NCBI GenBank assembly: GCA_910579935.1
Contig: CAJTVQ010000002.1
Coordinates: forward strand, 60,405 to 124,404
Direction: 5' to 3'
DNA length: 64,000 nucleotides
Source: an uncultured Lachnospiraceae bacterium
GTDB taxonomy: Bacteria > Bacillota > Clostridia > Lachnospirales > Lachnospiraceae
Made by a program: the position numbers and the translations under genes. Positions 19,723 through 27,315 of this stretch are shown here, in pieces; the first letter of the stretch is position 1; the number at the start of each line of letters is the position of its first letter. The notes under the pieces were generated by a model. It did not search any database. It was not told the DNA's origin and saw only the letters and a list, made by a program, of their open reading frames with translations.

Positions 19723-20473
19723 TTTTTATGACAGTCATATGACGGACATCCTTCCGGACAGCATAAAAGGAGACCCGCTGGTTAAGGCAATGAGCTACGC
19801 CATCTCCAATGCCGTAAAACGTATTGTGCAGAACGCAGGAAAAGCAGGGGTATATGCAATGATCGATTCCATGGACGAAAAAGCCCTTGACCTGCTGGCA
19901 GTGGAACTCAGGACAAAGTACTATGGAAAATGGCTGGATCCGGAAGAAAAGAAAACCATGATAAAGAAAACCCTTTTGTGGTACACAAGGGCAGGGACTC
20001 CGTTTACGGTCCGGGAACTGTCGGATTTTGTCTTCCAAAATGCAAAAATAGAAGAATGGTTTGAGTATGGTGCGGATGCATATTTATTTCGTCTGATTGT
20101 GAATGTGGCAAGCCGGGATATCTCACTGGAAAGCTATATGGAATTTCTGCAGTCCGTGTATGGGGTGAAGAACACACGGTCCCATTTGGAAGCGATAATA
20201 TTCCAGTGCGATAAAAGGGTGGAGATAAAAACAGTGGCAGCGGGAGGGATTGGCAGCGAAATAAAAATAAAGGCAAGAGTTGCAAAAAGTGTTGAGATAA
20301 TAACGGAAGACAGGCCGACAGCGGCGGTGATTTTTGAAAGCAGTGTGTATGTCGAAGCGTCCGATCTGATCGCAGGGGAAGATGTGTATGTTTTGACAGA
20401 AGATGGTGAAAAGAAGCGTGTATTGACAGCAAACGGAAGTGTGGTGAGGGCAGGAGAGGACACACAGGAATAG
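19715..20473 (+). CDS. Baseplate/tail protein I (P2 gpI-like)
   Basis: LDLLAVEL, AGT, EEWFEYG, KNTRSHL. Confidence 0.88.
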   Translation: MIDFYDSHMTDILPDSIKGDPLVKAMSYAISNAVKRIVQNAGKAGVYAMIDSMDEKALDLLAVELRTKYYGKWLDPEEKKTMIKKTLLWYTRAGTPFTVRELSDFVFQNAKIEEWFEYGADAYLFRLIVNVASRDISLESYMEFLQSVYGVKNTRSHLEAIIFQCDKRVEIKTVAAGGIGSEIKIKARVAKSVEIITEDRPTAAVIFESSVYVEASDLIAGEDVYVLTEDGEKKRVLTANGSVVRAGEDTQE

Positions 20474-20494
20474 CTTGCAGGTAAGGAGGATTTT

Positions 20495-21088
20495 ATGGCA
20501 GGGAAGATTACCGTACATGAAACAGAAAAAGAATATGAGTCAATAGTTACAGACGTAGGAAACGCATTGATGATGAATGCCGTAAAGAACGGAACAAAAG
20601 TCATCATTACTGATTTTGCAGTTGGTGATGGAAACGGGGAGTACTACCGGCCCGAAACAGGGATGACGGAATTGAAAAATGAGTTGTGGAGAGGAAAAAT
20701 CAATTCGTGTGAGATATGCAGCGATTCTCCTAACATACTGATTGTGACAGCCGTATGCCCCGGAACGGTAGGCGGATTCACAATAAGGGAAATCGCCGTG
20801 TTTGATCAAGATAATCACATGATCGCGGTAGGAAATACACCGGACACTCCCAAGGTAACAGTGACAGACGGAGTGGTGAATGAGCTACGGCTCATGATGG
20901 AAATTGCATTAATAAATGGAGATTCCGTGGAGTTGCTGATAGACCCTTACATCGTCACGGCAACTAAAAAAGATATCGAAGAGATATGGGAAAAAATCAG
21001 GGAGAACGGGAAGGTAACGGTAGGAACCGCAGAAACACCATATGAGGCAAACGAGATACGTTTTATAGTAAGCGAACTGCCATACTAA
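20495..21088 (+). CDS. Tail fibre N-terminal (collar, P2 gpH-like) protein
   Basis: FAVGDGNG, VGGFTIREIAVFD. Confidence 0.85.
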   Translation: MAGKITVHETEKEYESIVTDVGNALMMNAVKNGTKVIITDFAVGDGNGEYYRPETGMTELKNELWRGKINSCEICSDSPNILIVTAVCPGTVGGFTIREIAVFDQDNHMIAVGNTPDTPKVTVTDGVVNELRLMMEIALINGDSVELLIDPYIVTATKKDIEEIWEKIRENGKVTVGTAETPYEANEIRFIVSELPY

Positions 21089-21102
21089 GGAAGGAGGATT
21101 GT

Positions 21103-22311
21103 ATGGATTCAAAACAGTTGTACTCAGGAGGGGTTCCTTTCATACCGGAGACATCAGCCGAAAAAACCAGTGTGTCGGACACACATAACCTGACAAAACA
21201 GCAGAAGACCACGGTACAGGCCCTTCTGGATGAGATAGCAGACCGGATCGTAAACCGCCTGCTGGAAAAGGGGGATATAGCGGCATGGGCGAAACAGGAG
21301 CAGAAACCGGCATATACCGCAGGGGAAGTCGGCGCGGATGCGGAAGGAAGCGCACGGCACGCGTTAGCGGAAGCAAAAGAGTATTCCGACGCCGCATACC
21401 GGCAGGCCACGGGCTATACAGACCGGGCGGTTGCCGGACTGGTAAACGGAGCCCCCGAAACGATGGATACGTTGAAAGAGATAGCAGACGCAATGGAAGA
21501 GAACGGGGACGTGGTCGCGGCGCTTCAGGACTCCATCGGAAGCAGGGCGAGCGATGTGGAACTTCAGGCGCACCTGTCCAACGGGACGGTGCACGTTACT
21601 TCCAGTGAGAAAAGAAAATGGAATGACGCTGTGGCAAAAAAAGCGGATAAGTCTGAGATACCAGACGTTGGCAACGGTACGGTTGTGATAAAGCAGGCAG
21701 GCGTTCAAAAAGGTACGTTTACCATGAACCAGTCCGGAGATACCGAGATTGAGTTGGCGGATAGCAACACAACTTACTCAAATTTTGTTAAATCCGGAAG
21801 TGGTGCAAAAGCCGGACTGGTTCCGTCTCCTGGAACTACCGAAGGAACGAGCAAGTTTTTGAGGGAGGATGGAACCTGGAAGAAGCCGCCAAATACCACT
21901 TATGGCGTGGCAACACAGTCTGCAAACGGCCTGATGAGTGCGGCAGACAAGAAGAAGCTGGATGAGGTTGCGGAGGGGAGCAGACAGCTTAAGGAGGAAC
22001 TGGATTCCGCCGGCCTGGAAGTCAGCACAGGGACAGCCGGTATTGTCAGCTATGCAAAGTGGGGGAAGATCGTAACCATATACTGCTCCAAAAATTATAT
22101 ATACGATGCCGTAAACCGTATGAAATGGATCAGTGTGGCCACACTGCCGGCCGGATACCGGCCAAAAACAGAAACAGCCGGTACGCTGAATGCTTTCGGG
22201 GCTGCAGGCTGGTTCCGGATCGGCACAAACGGGGTGGTCGCAATAATAAGCGAGAGTACTGCATCCGCTACCGAGCCGGTACGGTTTTCCGCAGCATTTA
22301 TAGCAGCGTAA
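21103..22311 (+). CDS. Tail fibre / receptor-binding protein
   Basis: APETMDTLKEIADA, FLREDGTW, GLMSAADKKKLD, TLPAGYRP fibre motifs. Confidence 0.85.
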   Translation: MDSKQLYSGGVPFIPETSAEKTSVSDTHNLTKQQKTTVQALLDEIADRIVNRLLEKGDIAAWAKQEQKPAYTAGEVGADAEGSARHALAEAKEYSDAAYRQATGYTDRAVAGLVNGAPETMDTLKEIADAMEENGDVVAALQDSIGSRASDVELQAHLSNGTVHVTSSEKRKWNDAVAKKADKSEIPDVGNGTVVIKQAGVQKGTFTMNQSGDTEIELADSNTTYSNFVKSGSGAKAGLVPSPGTTEGTSKFLREDGTWKKPPNTTYGVATQSANGLMSAADKKKLDEVAEGSRQLKEELDSAGLEVSTGTAGIVSYAKWGKIVTIYCSKNYIYDAVNRMKWISVATLPAGYRPKTETAGTLNAFGAAGWFRIGTNGVVAIISESTASATEPVRFSAAFIAA

Positions 22312-22338
22312 TGGTCAAACTTACAAAGGGAGGTAAAA

Positions 22339-22413
22339 ATGAAAAGAAAATTAAATGAAAAAGAACCGGACAGGGAATACGGAAGCGGGGTGGAGAAATG
22401 GATAAAAATGTAA
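22339..22413 (+). CDS. 24-aa mini-ORF
   Basis: GGAGG RBS then MKRKLNEKEPDREYGSGVEKWIKM; overlaps next start. Confidence 0.35.
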   Translation: MKRKLNEKEPDREYGSGVEKWIKM

Positions 22414-23192
22414 CAAGGGAAATAAGGCAGGAGCATAACGGAAGTATACATAAATTTCCTTTCGGGGTGCTGGCAGAAAATGTGGAAACGGATGCAGACC
22501 ACCGTTTTATATCGGACGATGAAAAAAAGCATATAAAAGAAACTAAAGAGAAAATAGAAAAAATAGAAAGGGAATGGCAGGAAAGCCTTGAACATGACCA
22601 TGACGACAGGTATTACAGAATCGGGGCCATTAACGAGAATGATATCGTATTCAAGTATAACCATGCGGTACGGTGGGAAAACAGTGCATATATACAGTCA
22701 AACCGCCCGCAGGAACTGACACTGGCGCCATCGCAGGAGGATGAATACAAAATACTGTACGGTATAAGGGACGGAAGCTGGGCGTTTGCGCCAAATGCCA
22801 GCGGGATGCTGCAGCTGGGGACGGCAGAGTACGGATGGGCCGGTGTTTACAGCACGGGGGGATTTAATTCGGTGTCTGACAGGAGGCTTAAAACAGATTT
22901 CAGAAAACCTGATGATTATGACATAGAGGGTTTCGTTAAGGAACTGCAGGTCCTGTTTTTCCGGTATACATATGACAGCAGCAGAACCTACTGCGGTTTA
23001 ATGGCACAGGATGTGGAAGCGCTGATTAAAAAATACAGGCTGCCGGAAGATTTTGCCCTGCTTACCAAAACCCCTGTATATAACAGGAAAAAGGAAATTG
23101 TGGATTACAGTTATTCGGTGGATTATACCCAGCTGGCCGGCCTTTTAATCCATGTGTTCCAGATGCACCTGAAAAAGGATGAATGCGTTTAA
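22398..23192 (+). CDS. Tail fibre-associated protein with C-terminal intramolecular chaperone (peptidase S74)
   Basis: SDRRLK, GLMAQDVE, SVDYTQL motifs. Confidence 0.85.
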   Translation: MDKNVTREIRQEHNGSIHKFPFGVLAENVETDADHRFISDDEKKHIKETKEKIEKIEREWQESLEHDHDDRYYRIGAINENDIVFKYNHAVRWENSAYIQSNRPQELTLAPSQEDEYKILYGIRDGSWAFAPNASGMLQLGTAEYGWAGVYSTGGFNSVSDRRLKTDFRKPDDYDIEGFVKELQVLFFRYTYDSSRTYCGLMAQDVEALIKKYRLPEDFALLTKTPVYNRKKEIVDYSYSVDYTQLAGLLIHVFQMHLKKDECV

Positions 23193-23232
23193 ATGTAAAA
23201 GTTAAAAAATAATCTGCGCGGAGGTAAAAAGA

Positions 23233-23334
23233 ATGCGGAAAATATGGGATAAGATCATAGACTGGCTGCTCGGTGGCAATCTGGACCGCCTGGTGGAAGC
23301 GATGGCAGGGGGTGATGAAGGTGAGTGCCTCTGA
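23233..23334 (+). CDS. 33-aa small protein
   Basis: GGAGG RBS; MRKIWDKIIDWLLGGNLDRLVEAMAGGDEGECL. Confidence 0.5.
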   Translation: MRKIWDKIIDWLLGGNLDRLVEAMAGGDEGECL

Positions 23335-23659
23335 GGTGGCAACGATCATAATTTCAAGTTTCGTGGGCGGTGCCGGGATTACTGGTATCGTTTTTTATTT
23401 CATACGCCGCCGTTTGGAAAGGATGCTGGACAGGCGCGAAGAAGAGGAAGGAAGGCGGAGGGAAAACAGGATTAAAAGGGCTTCCTATAATGATGCCCTG
23501 CAGCATGCGCAGGGGAGGCTCCTGTTCTGGCTGTACCAGGCAGTCATCAAGGGGGAGCATAACGGCGAACTGAATCAGGCTTTTGAAAATTTTCAGAAAG
23601 CCGAGCAGCGTATAAAGGACCACGACAGGAGCATCGTGGCCGAACAGGAAAGCGATTAG
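23315..23659 (+). CDS. Single-TM lysis-cassette protein
   Basis: N-terminal TM then charged coiled coil; start 23315 or GTG 23321. Confidence 0.7.
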   Translation: MKVSASEVATIIISSFVGGAGITGIVFYFIRRRLERMLDRREEEEGRRRENRIKRASYNDALQHAQGRLLFWLYQAVIKGEHNGELNQAFENFQKAEQRIKDHDRSIVAEQESD

Positions 23660-23666
23660 GTGGAAC

Positions 23667-23939
23667 ATGAAACGTATAACATTCCGCAGGGGATTCACGG
23701 ACAGGATGTACTACTACAATTTCATAGCGGTGCATGTAATTGTCGGGGCAGTAGTACTCCTGACTGCCTTAAGCGGGATCCTCGGCATAACAGACATGAG
23801 CGCGCTTGCGGCCATACCGCCATGCGCCTATGCGGAACTGGGCATGCATACCGGTTTCGTTGTATGGAAAGCCAAGGTGGAGAACTGCAGGAAAAACAAG
23901 GACATCGGAAGGCTTGAAAGCCTGGAAAGTGAGGAATGA
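23667..23939 (+). CDS. Two-TM lysis-cassette protein (holin-like)
   Basis: Two hydrophobic segments, WKAKVEN tail. Confidence 0.7.
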   Translation: MKRITFRRGFTDRMYYYNFIAVHVIVGAVVLLTALSGILGITDMSALAAIPPCAYAELGMHTGFVVWKAKVENCRKNKDIGRLESLESEE

Positions 23940-24244
23940 TCATGACAGTAACAGTATTTTTGGTATTGCTTACGGCGTCTGCAACAGTAACGGCGCTGGC
24001 AACAGAGGCAGTGAAGAATTTTTTGGACGGGCTGGGTGTTAGATACGCGACCAATATCGTAGTGCTGGTTATCGCACTGGCGGTAGGATGCGGGGGGACG
24101 GCAGTCTATTATGTAAATTTCCAGGTGCCGTTCACCGCGCTGAACAGTGTGTACCTGGCCCTGATGGGGATAGCCAACTGGATCGGGGCGATGGTCGGAT
24201 ATGATAAGGTGAAACAGGCCATCGCACAGATTGGAAAAGGATAA
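23936..24244 (+). CDS. Holin-like protein (3 TM)
   Basis: TEAVK motif, GYDKVKQAIAQI C-terminus. Confidence 0.75.
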   Translation: MIMTVTVFLVLLTASATVTALATEAVKNFLDGLGVRYATNIVVLVIALAVGCGGTAVYYVNFQVPFTALNSVYLALMGIANWIGAMVGYDKVKQAIAQIGKG

Positions 24245-24248
24245 GGAA

Positions 24249-24404
24249 ATGAGGAAAAAAGTGATTGTGGCGGCACTGGTTATTGCCGCCATATGTTATG
24301 TCCTGTTTGTATCTGCAAAGTGTGACAGTAAAACGGATTATGAAAATATCCATGAGCAGATACAGCTGGAGCGGCTTATAACGAGCGGAAAGGTGAGAAG
24401 ATGA
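24249..24404 (+). CDS. 51-aa single-TM protein
   Basis: MRKKVIVAALVIAAICYVLFVSAKC...; ATGA overlap with endolysin start. Confidence 0.65.
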   Translation: MRKKVIVAALVIAAICYVLFVSAKCDSKTDYENIHEQIQLERLITSGKVRR

Positions 24405-25048
24405 AAATATCAGATAACGGAATAAATTTAATCAAACAATTTGAAGGCTGCCGGCTGGACGCGTATAAATGCCCGGCGGGAGTATGGACAATCGGTTATG
24501 GACATACCGGGGATGTCAGGCAGGGGCAGAAGATAACAGCGGCGCAGGCAGAAGCATACCTGAGAGTTGATCTTGAAAAATTTGAAAAAAAAGTGGAAAA
24601 GTACAGTAAGTACAGCTGGAATCAGAACGAATTTGACGCACTGGTTTCCTTTGCCTATAATGTCGGAAGCATTGACCAGCTGACCGCAAACGGCACGCGG
24701 AACAGGGCGGTGATAGCGGACAAGATACTATTGTATAACAAAGCCGGCGGAAAAGTGCTTGCCGGTCTGACGCGGCGCAGGAAGGCGGAGAGGGAACTTT
24801 TCCTGAAGAAAGCAGAAAGCGCACAGGAAAGCGGGCGGACAACCCTGAAAATGGGAAGCCGCGGCGCGGATGTTACATACTTACAGCAGCGCCTTACCGC
24901 CAGGGGATACGGCGTAGGCGCCATTGACGGGATCTTCGGTATAAAGACCCTTGAAGCGCTCAGGGCGTTCCAGGCGGAAAACAATCTTGTGATTGACGGA
25001 ATTGCCGGACCGAGGACGTGGGAAGTCTTGGAGAATAAGGCAGGATAA
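24401..25048 (+). CDS. Endolysin: GH24 lysozyme plus peptidoglycan-binding domain
   Basis: FEGCRLDAYKCPAGVWTIGYGHT, GLTRRRKAE, DGIFG/DGIAGPRTW. Confidence 0.95.
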   Translation: MKISDNGINLIKQFEGCRLDAYKCPAGVWTIGYGHTGDVRQGQKITAAQAEAYLRVDLEKFEKKVEKYSKYSWNQNEFDALVSFAYNVGSIDQLTANGTRNRAVIADKILLYNKAGGKVLAGLTRRRKAERELFLKKAESAQESGRTTLKMGSRGADVTYLQQRLTARGYGVGAIDGIFGIKTLEALRAFQAENNLVIDGIAGPRTWEVLENKAG

Positions 25049-25055
25049 ATAAGAG

Positions 25056-25078
25056 GGCGGCAGGATAACACTGCCGCC
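25056..25078. terminator. Hairpin between convergent endolysin and small-ORF cassette
   Basis: GGCGGCAG-GATAACA-CTGCCGCC. Confidence 0.65.
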
Positions 25079-25085
25079 TGTTCTC

Positions 25086-25250
25086 CTACGCATATGCAAC
25101 ATCAACAATGTCCTCTCCACAATTTATATAGATTGTTTGCCCTAATGCGCTTGCTTGTTTTTCTGCGTATTCAACGGCTTCTTTTTCGGTTCCAAGGAAA
25201 TCATTCAAAACATTTTCTCCACCTTCATTTGTAAACCAGTATCTCTTCAT
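25086..25250 (-). CDS. 54-aa acidic hypothetical protein
   Basis: MKRYWFTNEGG...VDVAYA; hairpin plus AGAAAG upstream. Confidence 0.7.
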   Translation of the reverse strand: MKRYWFTNEGGENVLNDFLGTEKEAVEYAEKQASALGQTIYINCGEDIVDVAYA

Positions 25251-25297
25251 ATTCTTCTCACTTTCTCCCTGCATTACCCGGCAGGGGCAGGATGAAA

Positions 25298-25441
25298 TCA
25301 ATCAAAATATCCTTTCCTTTCAAGAACAACTTTTACAGCAGAAAAATATTTCTGTACCTGCTCATTGATCCAGTCCGGATGTTCTTCCCGTATCTGCTCT
25401 ATAGTTTCACATTTCCAAACGATATACTCTGATTTGCTCAT
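25298..25441 (-). CDS. 47-aa hypothetical protein
   Basis: AGAAAGGAAG RBS; MSKSEYIVWKCETIEQIREEHPDWINEQVQKYFSAVKVVLERKGYFD. Confidence 0.7.
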   Translation of the reverse strand: MSKSEYIVWKCETIEQIREEHPDWINEQVQKYFSAVKVVLERKGYFD

Positions 25442-25489
25442 AACTTCCTTTCTCCCGGCGCATCCCCGCCGGGTGGGTGGCGTGGTTAA

Positions 25490-25708
25490 TTATAGAAGAT
25501 TGATTGTTACCCATCTTTTGGCACTTGCTAAGGACTGGCAGTTTTTCAAAACACTGTGTCCGTCTTTGTCAATAACATCAAATGTAAAATCAGCCATAGC
25601 GTCTATCCAATAAAATGTATTTTCAGCTATTTTCAAAGACCATTCTGTTGGTGTTCCATCATCTAAATCGCAGTCGTGCACAATATTCCATGTATTCTTC
25701 ATTTCCAT
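25490..25708 (-). CDS. 72-aa acidic hypothetical protein
   Basis: GGAGG RBS; MEMKNTWNIVHDCDLDDGTPTEW...SAKRW. Confidence 0.75.
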   Translation of the reverse strand: MEMKNTWNIVHDCDLDDGTPTEWSLKIAENTFYWIDAMADFTFDVIDKDGHSVLKNCQSLASAKRWVTINLL

Positions 25709-25730
25709 ATCCTCCGTTCCTTTGATAATT

Positions 25731-25814
25731 TCACACAAACAGTAAGACCAAACCAACTACTACGATAACCAGCCAAACAACCGCCACCACAAGTTTCAAA
25801 ATATTCTTTACCAT
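25731..25814 (-). CDS. 27-aa hydrophobic peptide
   Basis: MVKNILKLVVAVVWLVIVVVGLVLLFV; weak RBS. Confidence 0.5.
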   Translation of the reverse strand: MVKNILKLVVAVVWLVIVVVGLVLLFV

Positions 25815-25815
25815 A

Positions 25816-25844
25816 TTGATTTTACAGACAGACTGTGTTACTTT
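25816..25844 (+). promoter_or_regulatory. sigmaA-type promoter antisense to the 39-aa ORF
   Basis: TTGATT-17-TACTTT with extended TGn; followed by GGGGAGG-TTTC-CCTCCCC hairpin (25852-25869). Confidence 0.6.
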
Positions 25845-25874
25845 TTAGGTAGGGGAGGTTTCCCTCCCCGTTCC

Positions 25875-25994
25875 TTATCGGATACTCTCTACAATCATCT
25901 TGGCGACTGCTATAAGAGTTCCGATTTCAAGGGCAAGTTGTGTGAGTGCTCGAACCACTTTTATCAGCTTGCCTATTTTTTTGTCCATCTGCAT
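25875..25994 (-). CDS. 39-aa amphipathic/hydrophobic peptide (type I toxin-like)
   Basis: AAAGGAG RBS; MQMDKKIGKLIKVVRALTQLALEIGTLIAVAKMIVESIR. Confidence 0.7.
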   Translation of the reverse strand: MQMDKKIGKLIKVVRALTQLALEIGTLIAVAKMIVESIR

Positions 25995-26022
25995 TTTCTC
26001 CTTTCCTCTCTTGATAATATCA

Positions 26023-26121
26023 AGTATACACTATTTTTTATATAATGTCAACAGTTTTATATATTAATTTTTATATTTTTCAAACTAATTTATTGACAAA
26101 ATATAAATAAAAGTATATATT
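26023..26121. promoter_or_regulatory. Divergent sigmaA promoters
   Basis: Minus strand TTGACA(26051-26046)-17-TATACT(26028-26023); plus strand TTGACA(26093-26098)-17-TATATT(26116-26121). Confidence 0.8.
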
Positions 26122-26141
26122 TGTATTATGGAGGTGGTAAG

Positions 26142-26366
26142 ATGTATACAGATGTCCGTGAATATATTAACTTATGTCGTGTAAAGCGCGGTAATATGTC
26201 AGAAGCAGAGCTTGCCCGTAAAACAGGGCAGACACCGCAGAACATGAATAATAAGCATAAAAGGAATACATTCAAAGTATCCGAATTGGAGAAGATAGCA
26301 GAAGCCTTGGACGCTGAATTGAAAATTTCATTTATTGACAAAGAAACTGGGGAGCCTATTATATAA
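26142..26366 (+). CDS. XRE/Cro-family HTH regulator
   Basis: GGAGG RBS; MSEAELARKTGQTPQNMNNK...ELEKIAEAL. Confidence 0.88.
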   Translation: MYTDVREYINLCRVKRGNMSEAELARKTGQTPQNMNNKHKRNTFKVSELEKIAEALDAELKISFIDKETGEPII

Positions 26367-26462
26367 AATCTCCCATGACAAGGGGCGGCAGTGACGCAAT
26401 AGTTTATAAGAGTATTATCAGATGAGGCAAGTAAATCTGATGAACGGAAAGGAGAATACAGA

Positions 26463-26630
26463 ATGTTGGAGGTAATGGACGAAATGGCAATTAGCGAAAA
26501 GGAAATGAAGTTGCTTATGAACTTTGTAAAAGACGATTTGAAAGAAGCAAGGGACAGCGAAGACGTAGAAAAGAAAAACAGCAAGATTGACAGGGTACTG
26601 GAACACATTCAGCAATATTTAGAGGATTAG
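26463..26630 (+). CDS. 55-aa charged helical hypothetical protein
   Basis: AAAGGAG RBS; MLEVMDEMAISEKEMKLL...HIQQYLED. Confidence 0.7.
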   Translation: MLEVMDEMAISEKEMKLLMNFVKDDLKEARDSEDVEKKNSKIDRVLEHIQQYLED

Positions 26631-26636
26631 GAAAGA

Positions 26637-26666
26637 GAGAGCGGAACTTGCCACCGCTCTTTTTTT
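26637..26666 (+). terminator. Rho-independent terminator at prophage end
   Basis: GAGAGCGG...CCGCTCT followed by T run. Confidence 0.75.
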
Positions 26667-26684
26667 GTTCAATATAATATTTAT

Positions 26685-27176
26685 ATGGGTACACCCATCA
26701 TAGCGATCGAGTCCGGCTATGTGGAAGCCATCGGCTGGAACCAGTACGGAGGCTGGCGGCTGGGCATCCGCAGTTTTGACGGGAAACGCTACTATTATTA
26801 CGCGCATTTAAGGCAGAATTTCCCTTATTTTAAAGAATTGGAAGAAGGAAGCGTAGTGACCGCAGGGCAGGTGATCGGTTACATGGGGCATACCGGTTAC
26901 AGTAAGAAGGAAAACGTGAACAACATTGATATAACCCATCTGCACTGGGGACTGCAGCTTATTTTTGATGAATCCCAAAAAGAAGGAAATAATGAAATAT
27001 GGATCGACTGTTACAGCCTGACGCGCTTTCTCTATAAAAACCGTTCGGAGACGGTAAAAAATGAGGAAACAAAAGAATGGCACCGCGTATATGAAATGAA
27101 AGACCCGGCAGTGGAGGTTTATGAGAAAGGAAAAAAAGCAAAAGCAGCATCCGGTGGCGGGGAAGCGGAGCAGTGA
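26685..27176 (+). pseudogene. 3' fragment of M23 peptidase (LytH/YunA-like), interrupted by prophage
   Basis: Begins GTPIIA, i.e. just after where the HxxxD motif should be; has GWNQYGGWRLGIR, YYAHL, HLH; no RBS. Confidence 0.85.
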
Positions 27177-27279
27177 CGGACACATTTCCCGGAGTCCAAA
27201 GTAAATTTACACATAATTCATAAGCTGTAATTGTGCAAAATTCTGATTGTGTGGTCTTTCCGGAACTGTTATCATAAAA

Positions 27280-27291
27280 GCAAACGTTTGC
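27280..27291. promoter_or_regulatory. LacI-type operator (related sites at 28344-28355 and 28502-28513)
   Basis: Palindrome GCAAACGTTTGC; variants GCAACCGCTTGA and ACAAGCGGTTGC flank the SBP promoter. Confidence 0.65.
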
Positions 27292-27315
27292 GCGATGAAG
27301 GGAAAGGATAACGGG

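Larger units (their letters stand above)
1..26684 (+). mobile_element. Prophage (late genes to right end); lambda-like head, contractile tail; left end outside window
   Basis: Contiguous terminase-portal-capsid-tail-baseplate-fibre-lysis gene order, ending abruptly at a truncated host gene at 26685. Confidence 0.95.

Noticed and set aside
21103..23192. Diversity-generating retroelement or shufflon acting on tail fibres
   Set aside because: No reverse transcriptase, no template/variable repeat pair, no invertase or inverted fibre cassettes seen in the window.
9618..23192. Tailocin or contractile injection system
   Set aside because: Full terminase, portal and capsid module is present, so this is a prophage.
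25050..25085. Twister ribozyme (TAACACTGCC match)
   Set aside because: Rest of the core is absent; a simple hairpin between convergent genes explains it.
26415..26455. Hammerhead ribozyme (CTGATGA..GAAA)
   Set aside because: No stem II between the motifs and no flanking stems; GAAA is part of the RBS.
26126..26608. 160-aa minus-strand ORF at the phage end
   Set aside because: Ser/Phe-rich shadow of the HTH and 55-aa genes, which have RBSs.
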